The notes under the pieces were generated by a model, which worked only from the letters and a program-made list of their open reading frames with translations, made no database searches and had not been told where the DNA came from. Below are positions 6,204 to 14,311 of a stretch of DNA of 34,487 bases, piece by piece. Position numbers and translations under genes: made by a program. How positions within the stretch are numbered: the first letter of the stretch is position 1; every line of letters begins with the position of its first letter. Source of the stretch: an uncultured Gammaproteobacteria bacterium (GTDB lineage: Bacteria; Patescibacteriota; Microgenomatia; Levybacterales; UBA12049); NCBI GenBank assembly GCA_964364925.1, contig CAYIOB010000001.1, positions 1 to 34,487 of the forward strand. The letters run 5' to 3'.

Positions 6204-8093
6204 ATGAGTGCCAAGGAAATTATCGATATCTACATAAGTTTTTTCCAAAAGCGCGAGCATAAGCGGATTGCCAATTCCCCATTAGTGCCGGAAAATGATC
6301 CTACTACACTTTTTACCTCTAGCGGCATGCAGCCTTTAATCCAATATCTCTTGGGAGAGCCTCATCCTCAAGGCACACGCCTTGTAAATGTCCAAAATAG
6401 TTTTAGGGCGCAGGATATAGACGAAGTAGGAGATAACCGGCACACGACTTTTTTTCGGATGCTTGGCAACTGGAGTTTGGGCGACTATTTCAAGAAAGAA
6501 GAAATCCCCTGGCTTTGGGAGTTTTTAACTGTTGAGTTAGGCCTTCCAAAAGAAAAACTTTACGTTACGGTATTTGAAGGCGATAAGAATGTTGAATTTG
6601 ACAGTGAAAGTGAACAGATTTGGAAAGAAATACTTGGTCCTTCGGCAAGCTCAGGACGGCAAAGAATCTTTGCCGCAGGCGTGGATAAAAATTGGTGGTC
6701 AAGAAGCGGAGTTCCCGATAATATGCCTGTTGGTGAGCCAGGCGGACCGGACAGTGAGGTTTATTACAGATTTGATGACCCGCCAGCCGGCCCGCTTCGA
6801 CGCGAGGCGAGCGAGGCAGGCATTGAACATAATAAGAATTGTAAGGATAATCCGGTAGATTGTGAGTGCGGAAAGTTTTTGGAAATTGCCAATGCTGTTT
6901 TTATGCAATACGTAAAAACCGAGGACGGTTTTAAGGAATTACCGCAGAAAAATGTTGATTTTGGCGGAGGTTTGGAAAGATTACTAGCCGCGGTTGAAAA
7001 TAAAAGTGATATTTTCCAAACTTCCCTTTTTGCTCCAATTATCAAAGCAATTGAAAACCAAACCGGCAAGAAATATCAGGGACATAAAAAAGAAATGCAA
7101 ATAATCGCCGACCATTTTGCAGCTTCAATTTTTATCACCGCAAATGGCGTCATTCCTTCTAACAAAGAACGCGGGTATATTTTGCGAAGGTTAATTAGAC
7201 GTGCTTTTGACAACTTCTATCAACTGGAAGGAGAGGATAATGAGCCGATATTAGAAAAAATCGTTGAACAATATTCCCAAACCGACAAAGTTTTGCAAGA
7301 AAAATATGAAGAAATCAAATTAACAATTTTAGAAGAAGAGGCAAAATATAAAAGCGTTCGGAAAACCGCCGGTGACTTTATCATCAAAAAATATGGGAAA
7401 GCAACGGGCGACGACAGCGCAAAGCCGGTTAGAGAAATTTCCGCAGACGACGCTTTTCTTCTTTATACAACTCACGGACTTTCCCCAACCCAAATAAAAA
7501 GTTTAGGATATAGTTTTAACGAACAGGAATTTGCAGAGAAAATGAAAGAGCATAAAGATCTTTCAAAATCTGCTTCTTCGGGGATGTTTAAGGGAGGGTT
7601 AGCAGACACAAGTGAACAAACAATCATGGGACACACCGCAACTCATTTATTGCATCAAGCACTACGGGATGTTTTAGGCAATCAGCTTCACCAAACAGGC
7701 AGTAATATTACAACTGAAAGAGTAAGATTTGATTTTAATTATGACAAAAGTTTAACTCCGGATGAACTTAAAGAGGTCGAGGATATTGTTAATAAGAAAA
7801 TTGAGGAGAATTTGCCTGTACATTTTGAAATAATGCCTTTACAAAAAGCAAAAGATTTGGGTGCAATCGGACTTTTTGATGAAAAGTATGCAAAAGACGT
7901 AAAAGTGTATTTTATAGGGGGTCCTTCGACTCACTCCGTTCGCTCAGGACAGCCTCGTACGCAAGCGTACTCGGCTGAATTCTGCGGAGGTCCGCATGTT
8001 GATTTTACAGGCAGACTTAAAAGGTTTAAAATAATAAAGCAAGACAATATTGGACATGGACAAAGACGGATTTACGCCGTAGTTAATAAATAA
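6204..8093 (+). CDS. alaS: alanine--tRNA ligase, short form (catalytic, tRNA-recognition and editing domains; no C-Ala domain)
   Basis: N-terminus FFQKREHKRIANSPLVPENDPTTLFTSSGMQP...GDNRHTTFFRMLGNWSLGDYFK. Editing-domain motifs HTATHLLHQAL and CGGPHV. The protein ends about 35 aa after CGGPHV. Confidence 0.95.
   Translation: MSAKEIIDIYISFFQKREHKRIANSPLVPENDPTTLFTSSGMQPLIQYLLGEPHPQGTRLVNVQNSFRAQDIDEVGDNRHTTFFRMLGNWSLGDYFKKEEIPWLWEFLTVELGLPKEKLYVTVFEGDKNVEFDSESEQIWKEILGPSASSGRQRIFAAGVDKNWWSRSGVPDNMPVGEPGGPDSEVYYRFDDPPAGPLRREASEAGIEHNKNCKDNPVDCECGKFLEIANAVFMQYVKTEDGFKELPQKNVDFGGGLERLLAAVENKSDIFQTSLFAPIIKAIENQTGKKYQGHKKEMQIIADHFAASIFITANGVIPSNKERGYILRRLIRRAFDNFYQLEGEDNEPILEKIVEQYSQTDKVLQEKYEEIKLTILEEEAKYKSVRKTAGDFIIKKYGKATGDDSAKPVREISADDAFLLYTTHGLSPTQIKSLGYSFNEQEFAEKMKEHKDLSKSASSGMFKGGLADTSEQTIMGHTATHLLHQALRDVLGNQLHQTGSNITTERVRFDFNYDKSLTPDELKEVEDIVNKKIEENLPVHFEIMPLQKAKDLGAIGLFDEKYAKDVKVYFIGGPSTHSVRSGQPRTQAYSAEFCGGPHVDFTGRLKRFKIIKQDNIGHGQRRIYAVVNK
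6639..6657. repeat. GC-rich motif copy (CCTTCGGCAAGCTCAGGAC) in-frame in alaS
   Basis: Related to the copies at 7923-7948 and 14281-14298. Encodes PSASSGR. Confidence 0.45.
7923..7948. repeat. GC-rich motif copy (CCTTCGACT-N8-TCGCTCAGG) in-frame in alaS
   Basis: The 9-nt flanks are identical to the reverse complement of 14281-14298. It encodes PSTHSVRSG, just before the CGGPHV zinc motif. Confidence 0.55.
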
Positions 8094-8094
8094 T

Positions 8095-10443
8095 ATGAAC
8101 TTACCCACGCTGCCATTTTTAGAAAAAAAAGAAAAACCCGAATATTTTCTGGCGCTAATCCTCCGAAACGAAAAAACAAATGCCGTAATCCTTGAGCAAA
8201 TTGCCGGAAAGCTGCGGATTGCCGCAGAACACGAAGAACTTTTTGAAGATTCGGTTGAAATGGCAACAACCGAAGAGTTTTTAAACGTTTTGGATAAGGC
8301 AATTTCGGGAGCGGAAGAAGCATTGCCTGCAAGTGTTGAAACGGAGAAAACAATTTTCGGATTAAAAGGGGACTGGATACAAGATAATAAAATAAAACAG
8401 CAGTATCTTGACAAACTTAAACACGCCTGCAAAGAATTAGCTCTTACTCCAATTGGATTTTTAGTTCTTAACGAAGCAATTATTAGCCTTATACAAAAAG
8501 ACGAAGGCGCGCCTATTACCGCACTTTTAGCCGAGATAGGAAAAAAACATATTACGGTTTCCTTTGTTAAAGCCGGAAAGATTTTGGAAAGCAAAAGTTC
8601 GGAAATTCATCAATCGGCTTCTTACACCGTTGATACTCTTTTAAAACACTTTGAAGCTCCGGAAATTTTACCATCCCGGCTTATCGTTTTTGATGCGAAA
8701 GATTCTCTTGTGCAAGAATTTATAAGCCATCCGTGGAGTAAAAGTTTATCTTTTTTACATTTGCCCCAAATTGTAAATCTTAATTTAAACTTTGACGCAA
8801 ATGCCATGCTTTTTGGCGCCGCTTCGCAAATGGGACTTGGGGTTATTCAGGGATTTAGCAATAAAAAAACAATTGGCGAAGAAATTCCCGAATTTGGACC
8901 CAAAGAATTTTCTGCGGAAACAATTGAACATACAATACCGAAAGAAGATATAATTACGGAACAAATAACCGAAGCGGCTCCTAAAACGGATAACGGTATC
9001 GAACAACTGAGTGACACTGTTGCTTCGGAATTCTTTGGCTTTGTAACTAACGGCGACATTGCCAAAATACCTATTCCTCCAAAAGAAGAAATCAAAGACC
9101 CCGATTTAATCGGGGTTGAGATTTCGGAAGTTGTAGAGCAAATTGAACAAATTCCGGAAAATATAATGCTTGTACAGGAAGAACAATTGGTCCCTGTAAA
9201 AACAATGATGGTTTGGCCGAAATTAAAATCCGTTTTGGAAAAAATTCTAAATATCGGAAAAAAAGGTTCCTTAAAAAAGACACTTTCTTTACCCTTGATA
9301 AATCTTAAAGGAAAAAAGGCTATTTTTGTTCCGATTGCAATAGCTGCCTTACTCATTATCGGTTTTTTCCTGTTTATTTTCGATTCCAGCGCAACCGTTA
9401 CCTTGAGTGTTAAGCCGGATATTTCGGAAAAAAACCAAAACGTAACATTTTCTACCTCTTCCCCAACTGACATTAAAAATAACGTTATTGCGGCTGAGTT
9501 TGTTACGGTTGACGAGGAGGGTATCAGCCAAACAGCGGCAACAGGGGAAAAAGCAATTGGAGACAAAGCAAAAGGAACTGTCACAATATTTAGCCAGCTT
9601 TCCGATTCGCAAAATTTAGCCAAAGGAACTGTTATAAAATCCCCAGGCGGATTAAGTTTTACTCTTGACAGCACGGTTACGATAAATTCGGTCGGCTCGC
9701 GTTCCGCAGATCAACCAGTTACTCCCTCAACCGTTAATGTAAACGTAACGGCCAGTGACATCGGGAAAGAATCCAATCTTCCTTCCGGAACAAAATTTGG
9801 CATAGCAGGTTTTTCTGCGGCAGATTTGGTAGCCAAAAACGACAATCCTTTTTCGGGAGGAACAAAAAAAGAAATAACCGTTGTTTCCGAAGATGATATC
9901 GCCAAGCTTTTGGCAGATCTTCCTAAAAAACTTGAAGACAAAGCCAAAAATGATATTGGCGGAAAACTTTCGGAAGATAAAGCTTTGCTTCCTAATTTTG
10001 TTTCCGAGAACGTTGACAAACAAGACTTTGATAAAAAAGTGGGAGATGAGGCAAGTGAAGTAACGCTAACCGGCGCAGTTACTTATCAAGGCGTTTCTTA
10101 CAATAAAAACGACATTGTAGACTTAGCTCTTAATCTTTTTAATTCCAAAGATATAACCATAAATAAAGACAATTTAAATGTAAACTTTAAGGACGTAAAA
10201 GTAAAAGAAGAAGAAATTGATGCAAATCTTAATATACAAGCGCTTCTTCTGCCAAAGATTGATGACGGCACGCTGACCCGGCAAATCGCCGGACAATCTG
10301 TTGCCAAAGCGCAGAATGTCCTTTCGGACCTTTCTAATGTTTCCAGCGTTAACATATCTATTTTTCCAAGCTTACCGCTTGTATCAAAAAATCTGCCTAA
10401 GAATTCAAAGAATATAAAAATCGTGATAAAACTTAATGGGTAA
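8095..10443 (+). CDS. large membrane protein: cytoplasmic actin-like (FtsA/PilM-like, degenerate) N-terminal region, one TM helix, and a beta-rich extracellular region
   Basis: The ATG lies 1 nt after the alaS stop. KELALTPIGFLVLNEAIISL...LLAEIGKKHITVSFVKAGK resembles the actin-fold phosphate-2/adenosine region. The TM helix is AIFVPIAIAALLIIGFFLFIF. The ATGEKAIGDKAKGTVTIFS-type repeats resemble baseplate-J-like domains (tentative). Confidence 0.7.
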   Translation: MNLPTLPFLEKKEKPEYFLALILRNEKTNAVILEQIAGKLRIAAEHEELFEDSVEMATTEEFLNVLDKAISGAEEALPASVETEKTIFGLKGDWIQDNKIKQQYLDKLKHACKELALTPIGFLVLNEAIISLIQKDEGAPITALLAEIGKKHITVSFVKAGKILESKSSEIHQSASYTVDTLLKHFEAPEILPSRLIVFDAKDSLVQEFISHPWSKSLSFLHLPQIVNLNLNFDANAMLFGAASQMGLGVIQGFSNKKTIGEEIPEFGPKEFSAETIEHTIPKEDIITEQITEAAPKTDNGIEQLSDTVASEFFGFVTNGDIAKIPIPPKEEIKDPDLIGVEISEVVEQIEQIPENIMLVQEEQLVPVKTMMVWPKLKSVLEKILNIGKKGSLKKTLSLPLINLKGKKAIFVPIAIAALLIIGFFLFIFDSSATVTLSVKPDISEKNQNVTFSTSSPTDIKNNVIAAEFVTVDEEGISQTAATGEKAIGDKAKGTVTIFSQLSDSQNLAKGTVIKSPGGLSFTLDSTVTINSVGSRSADQPVTPSTVNVNVTASDIGKESNLPSGTKFGIAGFSAADLVAKNDNPFSGGTKKEITVVSEDDIAKLLADLPKKLEDKAKNDIGGKLSEDKALLPNFVSENVDKQDFDKKVGDEASEVTLTGAVTYQGVSYNKNDIVDLALNLFNSKDITINKDNLNVNFKDVKVKEEEIDANLNIQALLLPKIDDGTLTRQIAGQSVAKAQNVLSDLSNVSSVNISIFPSLPLVSKNLPKNSKNIKIVIKLNG
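9098..9116. repeat. palindrome ACCCCGATT-T-AATCGGGGT inside a CDS
   Basis: 9-bp perfect arms. Encodes DPDLIGV. Confidence 0.8.
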
Positions 10444-11161
10444 ATATTACTACAAAAAGGCCGGGAAAAAAATTAAAAAAACTGCCCGCTTATTAAGCCT
10501 CCTAATAGTAATTTTAGGAATCAGTATCGGCGGGTATATTTTTTTTCCGCTTTTGTCCTGGCAAATTTATTTCGCGCCGGCTCTTGCATCGCAAGATATT
10601 GCGGTTCCAATCCCACAAACAAATCTTGTGAATAGCGCTACTATAGGAAGTCTTATTTCGGAAGCCGGCAATAATTTAACGGGTGTTAACTATACAGACG
10701 CAAACAATTGGTTTCCAAATTTTAAATTTCAAAAAGTAAAACCGAAAATAGATACCTACACGATGTCTATTCCAAAACTTAATATAAAAGATGCCGTAGT
10801 TTCGACAACCAGTAATGATCTTGCTAAGCACTTGGTTAATTTTGGCGGTACCGCACTGCCTCCGGATAAAGGCAATGCCGTAGTTTTCGGACACTCTACC
10901 CTTCCTCAGCTTTTTGACCCAAAAAATTATAAAACTATACTTGCTACAGCTTATAGGCTTAAGGTTGGAGACGAGTTATTTACTAATGTTTCCGGAGTAA
11001 CTTACAAATACAGAATTTATAATATTACCGTCGTAAACCCTGATGATACGTCTGTTTTAGAACAGGACTACTCCGACAGTTTCTTAACTCTTGTAACCTG
11101 CACTCCTCCGGGAACAACCTGGAAAAGACTGATTATAAAATCAAGATTGGAAGCAATATAG
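10436..11161 (+). CDS. sortase-family transpeptidase
   Basis: N-terminal TM anchor. His in VVFGHS, Cys in LTLVTCTPPG, and Arg in WKRLII. It overlaps the upstream gene by 8 nt. Confidence 0.85.
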   Translation: MGKYYYKKAGKKIKKTARLLSLLIVILGISIGGYIFFPLLSWQIYFAPALASQDIAVPIPQTNLVNSATIGSLISEAGNNLTGVNYTDANNWFPNFKFQKVKPKIDTYTMSIPKLNIKDAVVSTTSNDLAKHLVNFGGTALPPDKGNAVVFGHSTLPQLFDPKNYKTILATAYRLKVGDELFTNVSGVTYKYRIYNITVVNPDDTSVLEQDYSDSFLTLVTCTPPGTTWKRLIIKSRLEAI

Positions 11162-11164
11162 CTT

Positions 11165-11305
11165 ATGGAAAAAAACAGAGTTAAAATATTTCTTATTCAG
11201 ATTTGGCCGGCTGTTTATAAAATTATAAATCGCATATTTTACTTTTTAATTACTTTAATAAAAAGCACCGTTTCCCTGGCAATTAAACAGATACGAGACC
11301 TCTAA
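11165..11305 (+). CDS. possible 46-aa hydrophobic micro-protein
   Basis: ATG 11165 to TAA 11303-11305 gives MEKNRVKIFLIQIWPAVYKIINRIFYFLITLIKSTVSLAIKQIRDL. It exactly fills the gap between the sortase and the next gene. There is no other support. Confidence 0.25.
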   Translation: MEKNRVKIFLIQIWPAVYKIINRIFYFLITLIKSTVSLAIKQIRDL

Positions 11306-11309
11306 GATT

Positions 11310-12581
11310 ATGGACGAAAAAAATCTTGCGGTAAACGCGATAAGAAAAAAATTAGTTGGAAAAAGATTAAGCTACAAAGAAATTTACGCAATAATGGATC
11401 AGATTTCCAAGGAGAAATTTGGAGACGTTTTAACCACCTATTTTGCCGCATCGGGTTATTCCAAAGGATTTACAAACGAAGAGCTTTTTTTCTTAACCCG
11501 CGCCATGGTAAAAACAGGCGAACAGCTTCATTTTAAAGGAATTGTTGCGGATAAACATTCTATTGGCGGGGTCCCCGGCACCCGCACTACTCCGATTGTA
11601 GTTTCTATTGTTGCCGCCGCAGGGTTTAAAATTCCCAAAAGTTCATCTCGGGCAATAACAACCCCCGACGGTACGGCGGACGACATGGAAATTTTAGCAC
11701 CCGTTGATTTAACTAAGGAACAAATTTATAAAGTCGTTGAGAAAACCAACGGATGTATTGTCTGGGGAGGAAGTTTTAATATCGCTCCGGCAGACGACAT
11801 ATTAATTCAAGTCGAAAGGCCATTGCTTTTTGAAAGCTACGATAAGATTTTGGTTTCGATTATGGCCAAAAAAGTGGCTTTCGGATCAAATCATGTAGTT
11901 ATTGATTTACCATATGGTGCAATGGTAAAAGTACATAGTTTAAAAGACGCGGAAATTTTAAAAGATAAATTTATATTCCTGGCAAAAAAATTCAAAATGA
12001 AAATTAAAGTTTTGATACATAAAACCGACGAGCCGGGAGGACGCGGAATCGGACCGGTTTTGGAAATGCGGGAATCGCTAAGAGTCCTGCAGCAAAAAAG
12101 TAACCGCCCTTTAGATCTAGAAGTAAGAAGTATTAATTTGGCCGGAACTCTTTTGGATTTATGCATTAAAGATTCATCTGAAAAATTTAAAAGAGACGTA
12201 AAGAAAAATTACGGGAACGCCTTTGGCTTTGCAACAGCACTTTTGCAAAGCGGTCAGGCTTTTGAGAAATTTAAAGAAATAGTAATAGCCCAAGGCGGAA
12301 GCTCAAACATAGACAGTGAGAAATTAAAAACCGGTAAATATTCTTACGCTGTAAAAGCCGAAAAAAACGGAGAGATTAAGGGCCTTAACAGCAAAAATAT
12401 TACTGCTATTGCAAGAATACTCGGAGCTCCAATGCAAAAAGGCGCGGGAATATATTTAAATAAAAAGCTTCATGATAAAACAAAGAAAAATGAGACTCTA
12501 TGTACAATTTACAGCGAAAATGTGTATAATCTAAAGGAAGGTAGGGACTCTTTGGTAAACTTTCCTATCTTCAATTATTAG
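11310..12581 (+). CDS. archaeal-type AMP/thymidine phosphorylase family protein (glycosyl transferase family 3)
   Basis: DKHSIGGVPGTRTTPIVVSIVAAAGFKIPKSSSRAITTPDGTADDME closely follows the AMP phosphorylase block DKHSIGGVPGN...PKTSSRAITS.AGTAD. Confidence 0.85.
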   Translation: MDEKNLAVNAIRKKLVGKRLSYKEIYAIMDQISKEKFGDVLTTYFAASGYSKGFTNEELFFLTRAMVKTGEQLHFKGIVADKHSIGGVPGTRTTPIVVSIVAAAGFKIPKSSSRAITTPDGTADDMEILAPVDLTKEQIYKVVEKTNGCIVWGGSFNIAPADDILIQVERPLLFESYDKILVSIMAKKVAFGSNHVVIDLPYGAMVKVHSLKDAEILKDKFIFLAKKFKMKIKVLIHKTDEPGGRGIGPVLEMRESLRVLQQKSNRPLDLEVRSINLAGTLLDLCIKDSSEKFKRDVKKNYGNAFGFATALLQSGQAFEKFKEIVIAQGGSSNIDSEKLKTGKYSYAVKAEKNGEIKGLNSKNITAIARILGAPMQKGAGIYLNKKLHDKTKKNETLCTIYSENVYNLKEGRDSLVNFPIFNY

Positions 12582-12658
12582 TATGACCAATTATGCAAAC
12601 TCAGGCCTTCGGCTCTGAGGCTCATGCTCGAAGATGTCATAGTGAGGTATTCGAATCT

Positions 12659-13612
12659 ATGAAAAGAATAATTGTGGCAGTAGGAATATTACTGATTGCG
12701 GCGGTCGTAACCGGCTTTTGGTGGAAAAACGGACTTTTACCCGCAAGCCCGGACAAAACCCCGACAATTTTTGTAATTAGGCAAGGCGAAGGAGTAAGAG
12801 AAATTGCCAATCGTTTAAAATCGCAAGGCCTTATCCGCGATCAGGTTGTGTTTTTTCTATTTACAAGAATTAAAGGCATAGATAAACAAATTCAAGCCGG
12901 AGACTTCCGCATAAATCCGTCCATGACAGCTCAAGAAGTAGCTAATAGTTTAACTCACGGAACTTTGGATATTTGGATAACAATTCTCGAAGGGAAAAGA
13001 GCTTTGGAAATTGCTCAAACCTTAAAAGAAAAAATACCAAGCTACAAATCTTCTTGGGACAACGAGCTGGTTAAAAATGAAGGTTATCTTTTTCCCGACA
13101 CTTATCTTATTCCAAGAGACGCCGATATAAACTTTATAATCTCTCTTTTAAAGAGTAATTTTACAAACAAATATTCAACACTTGGCACTTCGCAAAATGG
13201 ATTAACTCAAAATCAAGTTGTAATTGTCGCTTCGATGGTAGAAAGAGAAGCAAAAAATGAACAGGATAGACCGTTAGTTGCCGGTGTTATATTAAATAGA
13301 TTCAATATTGGCATGAAACTTGATATTGATGCAACTCTTCAGTACGCACTTGGTTACCAAGTCGACGAAAAGAGATGGTGGAAACAAGGCCTAACAAATA
13401 ACGATAAACTAATTGAATCTTCATATAATACTTATAAAGTTGCGGGTTTGCCGCCAACCCCAATTTCAAATCCCGGACTGGCAAGTTTGAATGCTGTAGT
13501 AAGCCCCGCAAAAACAAACTATCTTTTCTATATAACCGATAGTAAGGGGATAAATCATTACGCGGAAACCATAGATCAGCAAAACGAGAATATCAGAAAA
13601 TTCGGATTATAA
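12659..13612 (+). CDS. mltG: endolytic murein transglycosylase MltG/YceG
   Basis: I prefer the start at ATG 12659 (MKRIIVAVGILLIAAV, TM anchor), preceded by GTGAGG. YLFPDTY and ASMVEREA are YceG motifs. Confidence 0.9.
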   Translation: MKRIIVAVGILLIAAVVTGFWWKNGLLPASPDKTPTIFVIRQGEGVREIANRLKSQGLIRDQVVFFLFTRIKGIDKQIQAGDFRINPSMTAQEVANSLTHGTLDIWITILEGKRALEIAQTLKEKIPSYKSSWDNELVKNEGYLFPDTYLIPRDADINFIISLLKSNFTNKYSTLGTSQNGLTQNQVVIVASMVEREAKNEQDRPLVAGVILNRFNIGMKLDIDATLQYALGYQVDEKRWWKQGLTNNDKLIESSYNTYKVAGLPPTPISNPGLASLNAVVSPAKTNYLFYITDSKGINHYAETIDQQNENIRKFGL

Positions 13613-13617
13613 ATTTC

Positions 13618-13923
13618 TTATCCTGAAGATTTTTTGAAAAATCTTTTTTTAGAGGCTACTTTTACTTCTTCGGGTACTTCTTCTTTTAACTCTCCATTTG
13701 TCGGTTTGTGATTGGCAGAAGCTTCTTGTGCTTCTTCCAAAGGCTCATCTTCGTATTCACCTAAATCAACTTCTTCCAGAATTTCCGTTAACCCTTCTAG
13801 GCCTTGTTCGGAAAACTTCTGAAGCAGTTTTTTACCCGTTTTTGTTCCGAACAAAAAAACAGCTCCCCCGCCTATTATTAAGCCTAAGATAAATCCGTTG
13901 GAAAATCTGCTACCGTTATTCAT
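13618..13923 (-). CDS. YtxH-like membrane-anchored protein
   Basis: N-terminal GFILGLIIGGGAVFLFGTKTGKKL followed by an acidic tail, which is the typical YtxH pattern. Confidence 0.5.
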   Translation of the reverse strand: MNNGSRFSNGFILGLIIGGGAVFLFGTKTGKKLLQKFSEQGLEGLTEILEEVDLGEYEDEPLEEAQEASANHKPTNGELKEEVPEEVKVASKKRFFKKSSG

Positions 13924-13931
13924 AATTTAAT

Positions 13932-14201
13932 TTATTGCTTTGAAGATTTTTTCTTTTTTAAATTTAAAATACCTGCCAGGGTTGCGCCGGTTTTCACTCC
14001 CATTGCCAACGTTGATAAAGTTGCTATTGGCCCGGAAACGCTTTCGGTTATAACTCCGGTATCGTCTAAAACTTTGTTTGCTTTTGCAACTGTTTGCCTT
14101 AACTCCTTGAGGATAAAAAATACCTGAATTCCAAGCACCAGAAGTAAAATAGTTAGAACTATAATTATCAAAAAAAGTACTGTTTGGGCAGGGTCTATCA
14201 T
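13932..14201 (-). CDS. DUF948-like small membrane protein
   Basis: One N-terminal TM helix followed by the coiled segment ILKELRQTVAKANKVLDD. The pairing with a YtxH-like gene mirrors ytxG-ytxH in Firmicutes. Confidence 0.45.
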   Translation of the reverse strand: MIDPAQTVLFLIIIVLTILLLVLGIQVFFILKELRQTVAKANKVLDDTGVITESVSGPIATLSTLAMGVKTGATLAGILNLKKKKSSKQ

Positions 14202-14239
14202 GGTATAGATAACTTATATCAATTACTGATTTATGTCAA

Positions 14240-14259
14240 GCCCCGATTATAATCGGGGC
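14240..14259. repeat. palindrome GCCCCGATT-AT-AATCGGGGC (intergenic hairpin)
   Basis: 9-bp perfect arms, about 50 nt downstream of the rodZ-like stop on the minus strand. TTGACA follows immediately. Confidence 0.8.
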
Positions 14260-14280
14260 GCAAACCCTGAGTGTTACAAT

Positions 14281-14298
14281 CCTGAGCGAAGTCGAAGG
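14281..14298. repeat. GC-rich motif copy (reverse complement CCTTCGACTTCGCTCAGG), intergenic
   Basis: Matches the alaS copy at 7923-7948 except for an 8-nt indel. It sits next to a CCTGAG direct repeat (14266-14271 and 14281-14286). Confidence 0.55.
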
Positions 14299-14311
14299 AA
14301 AATCGAACGGG

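Noticed and set aside
6574-7069. Three overlapping ORFs (6574-6858 +, 6699-6908 -, 6764-7069 -) inside alaS
   Set aside because: They lie in alternative frames of an unambiguous AlaRS CDS. They are kept open by the local GC-rich insertions, and their products are low-complexity.
7944-10355. Many minus-strand ORFs (for example 7944-8594, 8847-9674, 9711-10019, 10098-10355) opposite the 782-aa gene
   Set aside because: Their Ser/Phe/Ile-rich translations are typical of antisense frames of AT-rich coding DNA. There are no start-site signals, and the plus-strand ORF is long and contiguous.
12593-12658. 22-aa N-terminal extension of the mltG ORF
   Set aside because: The extension consists of the GC-rich repeat-like spacer. 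ATG 12659 has a GTGAGG RBS and starts directly with the expected TM anchor.
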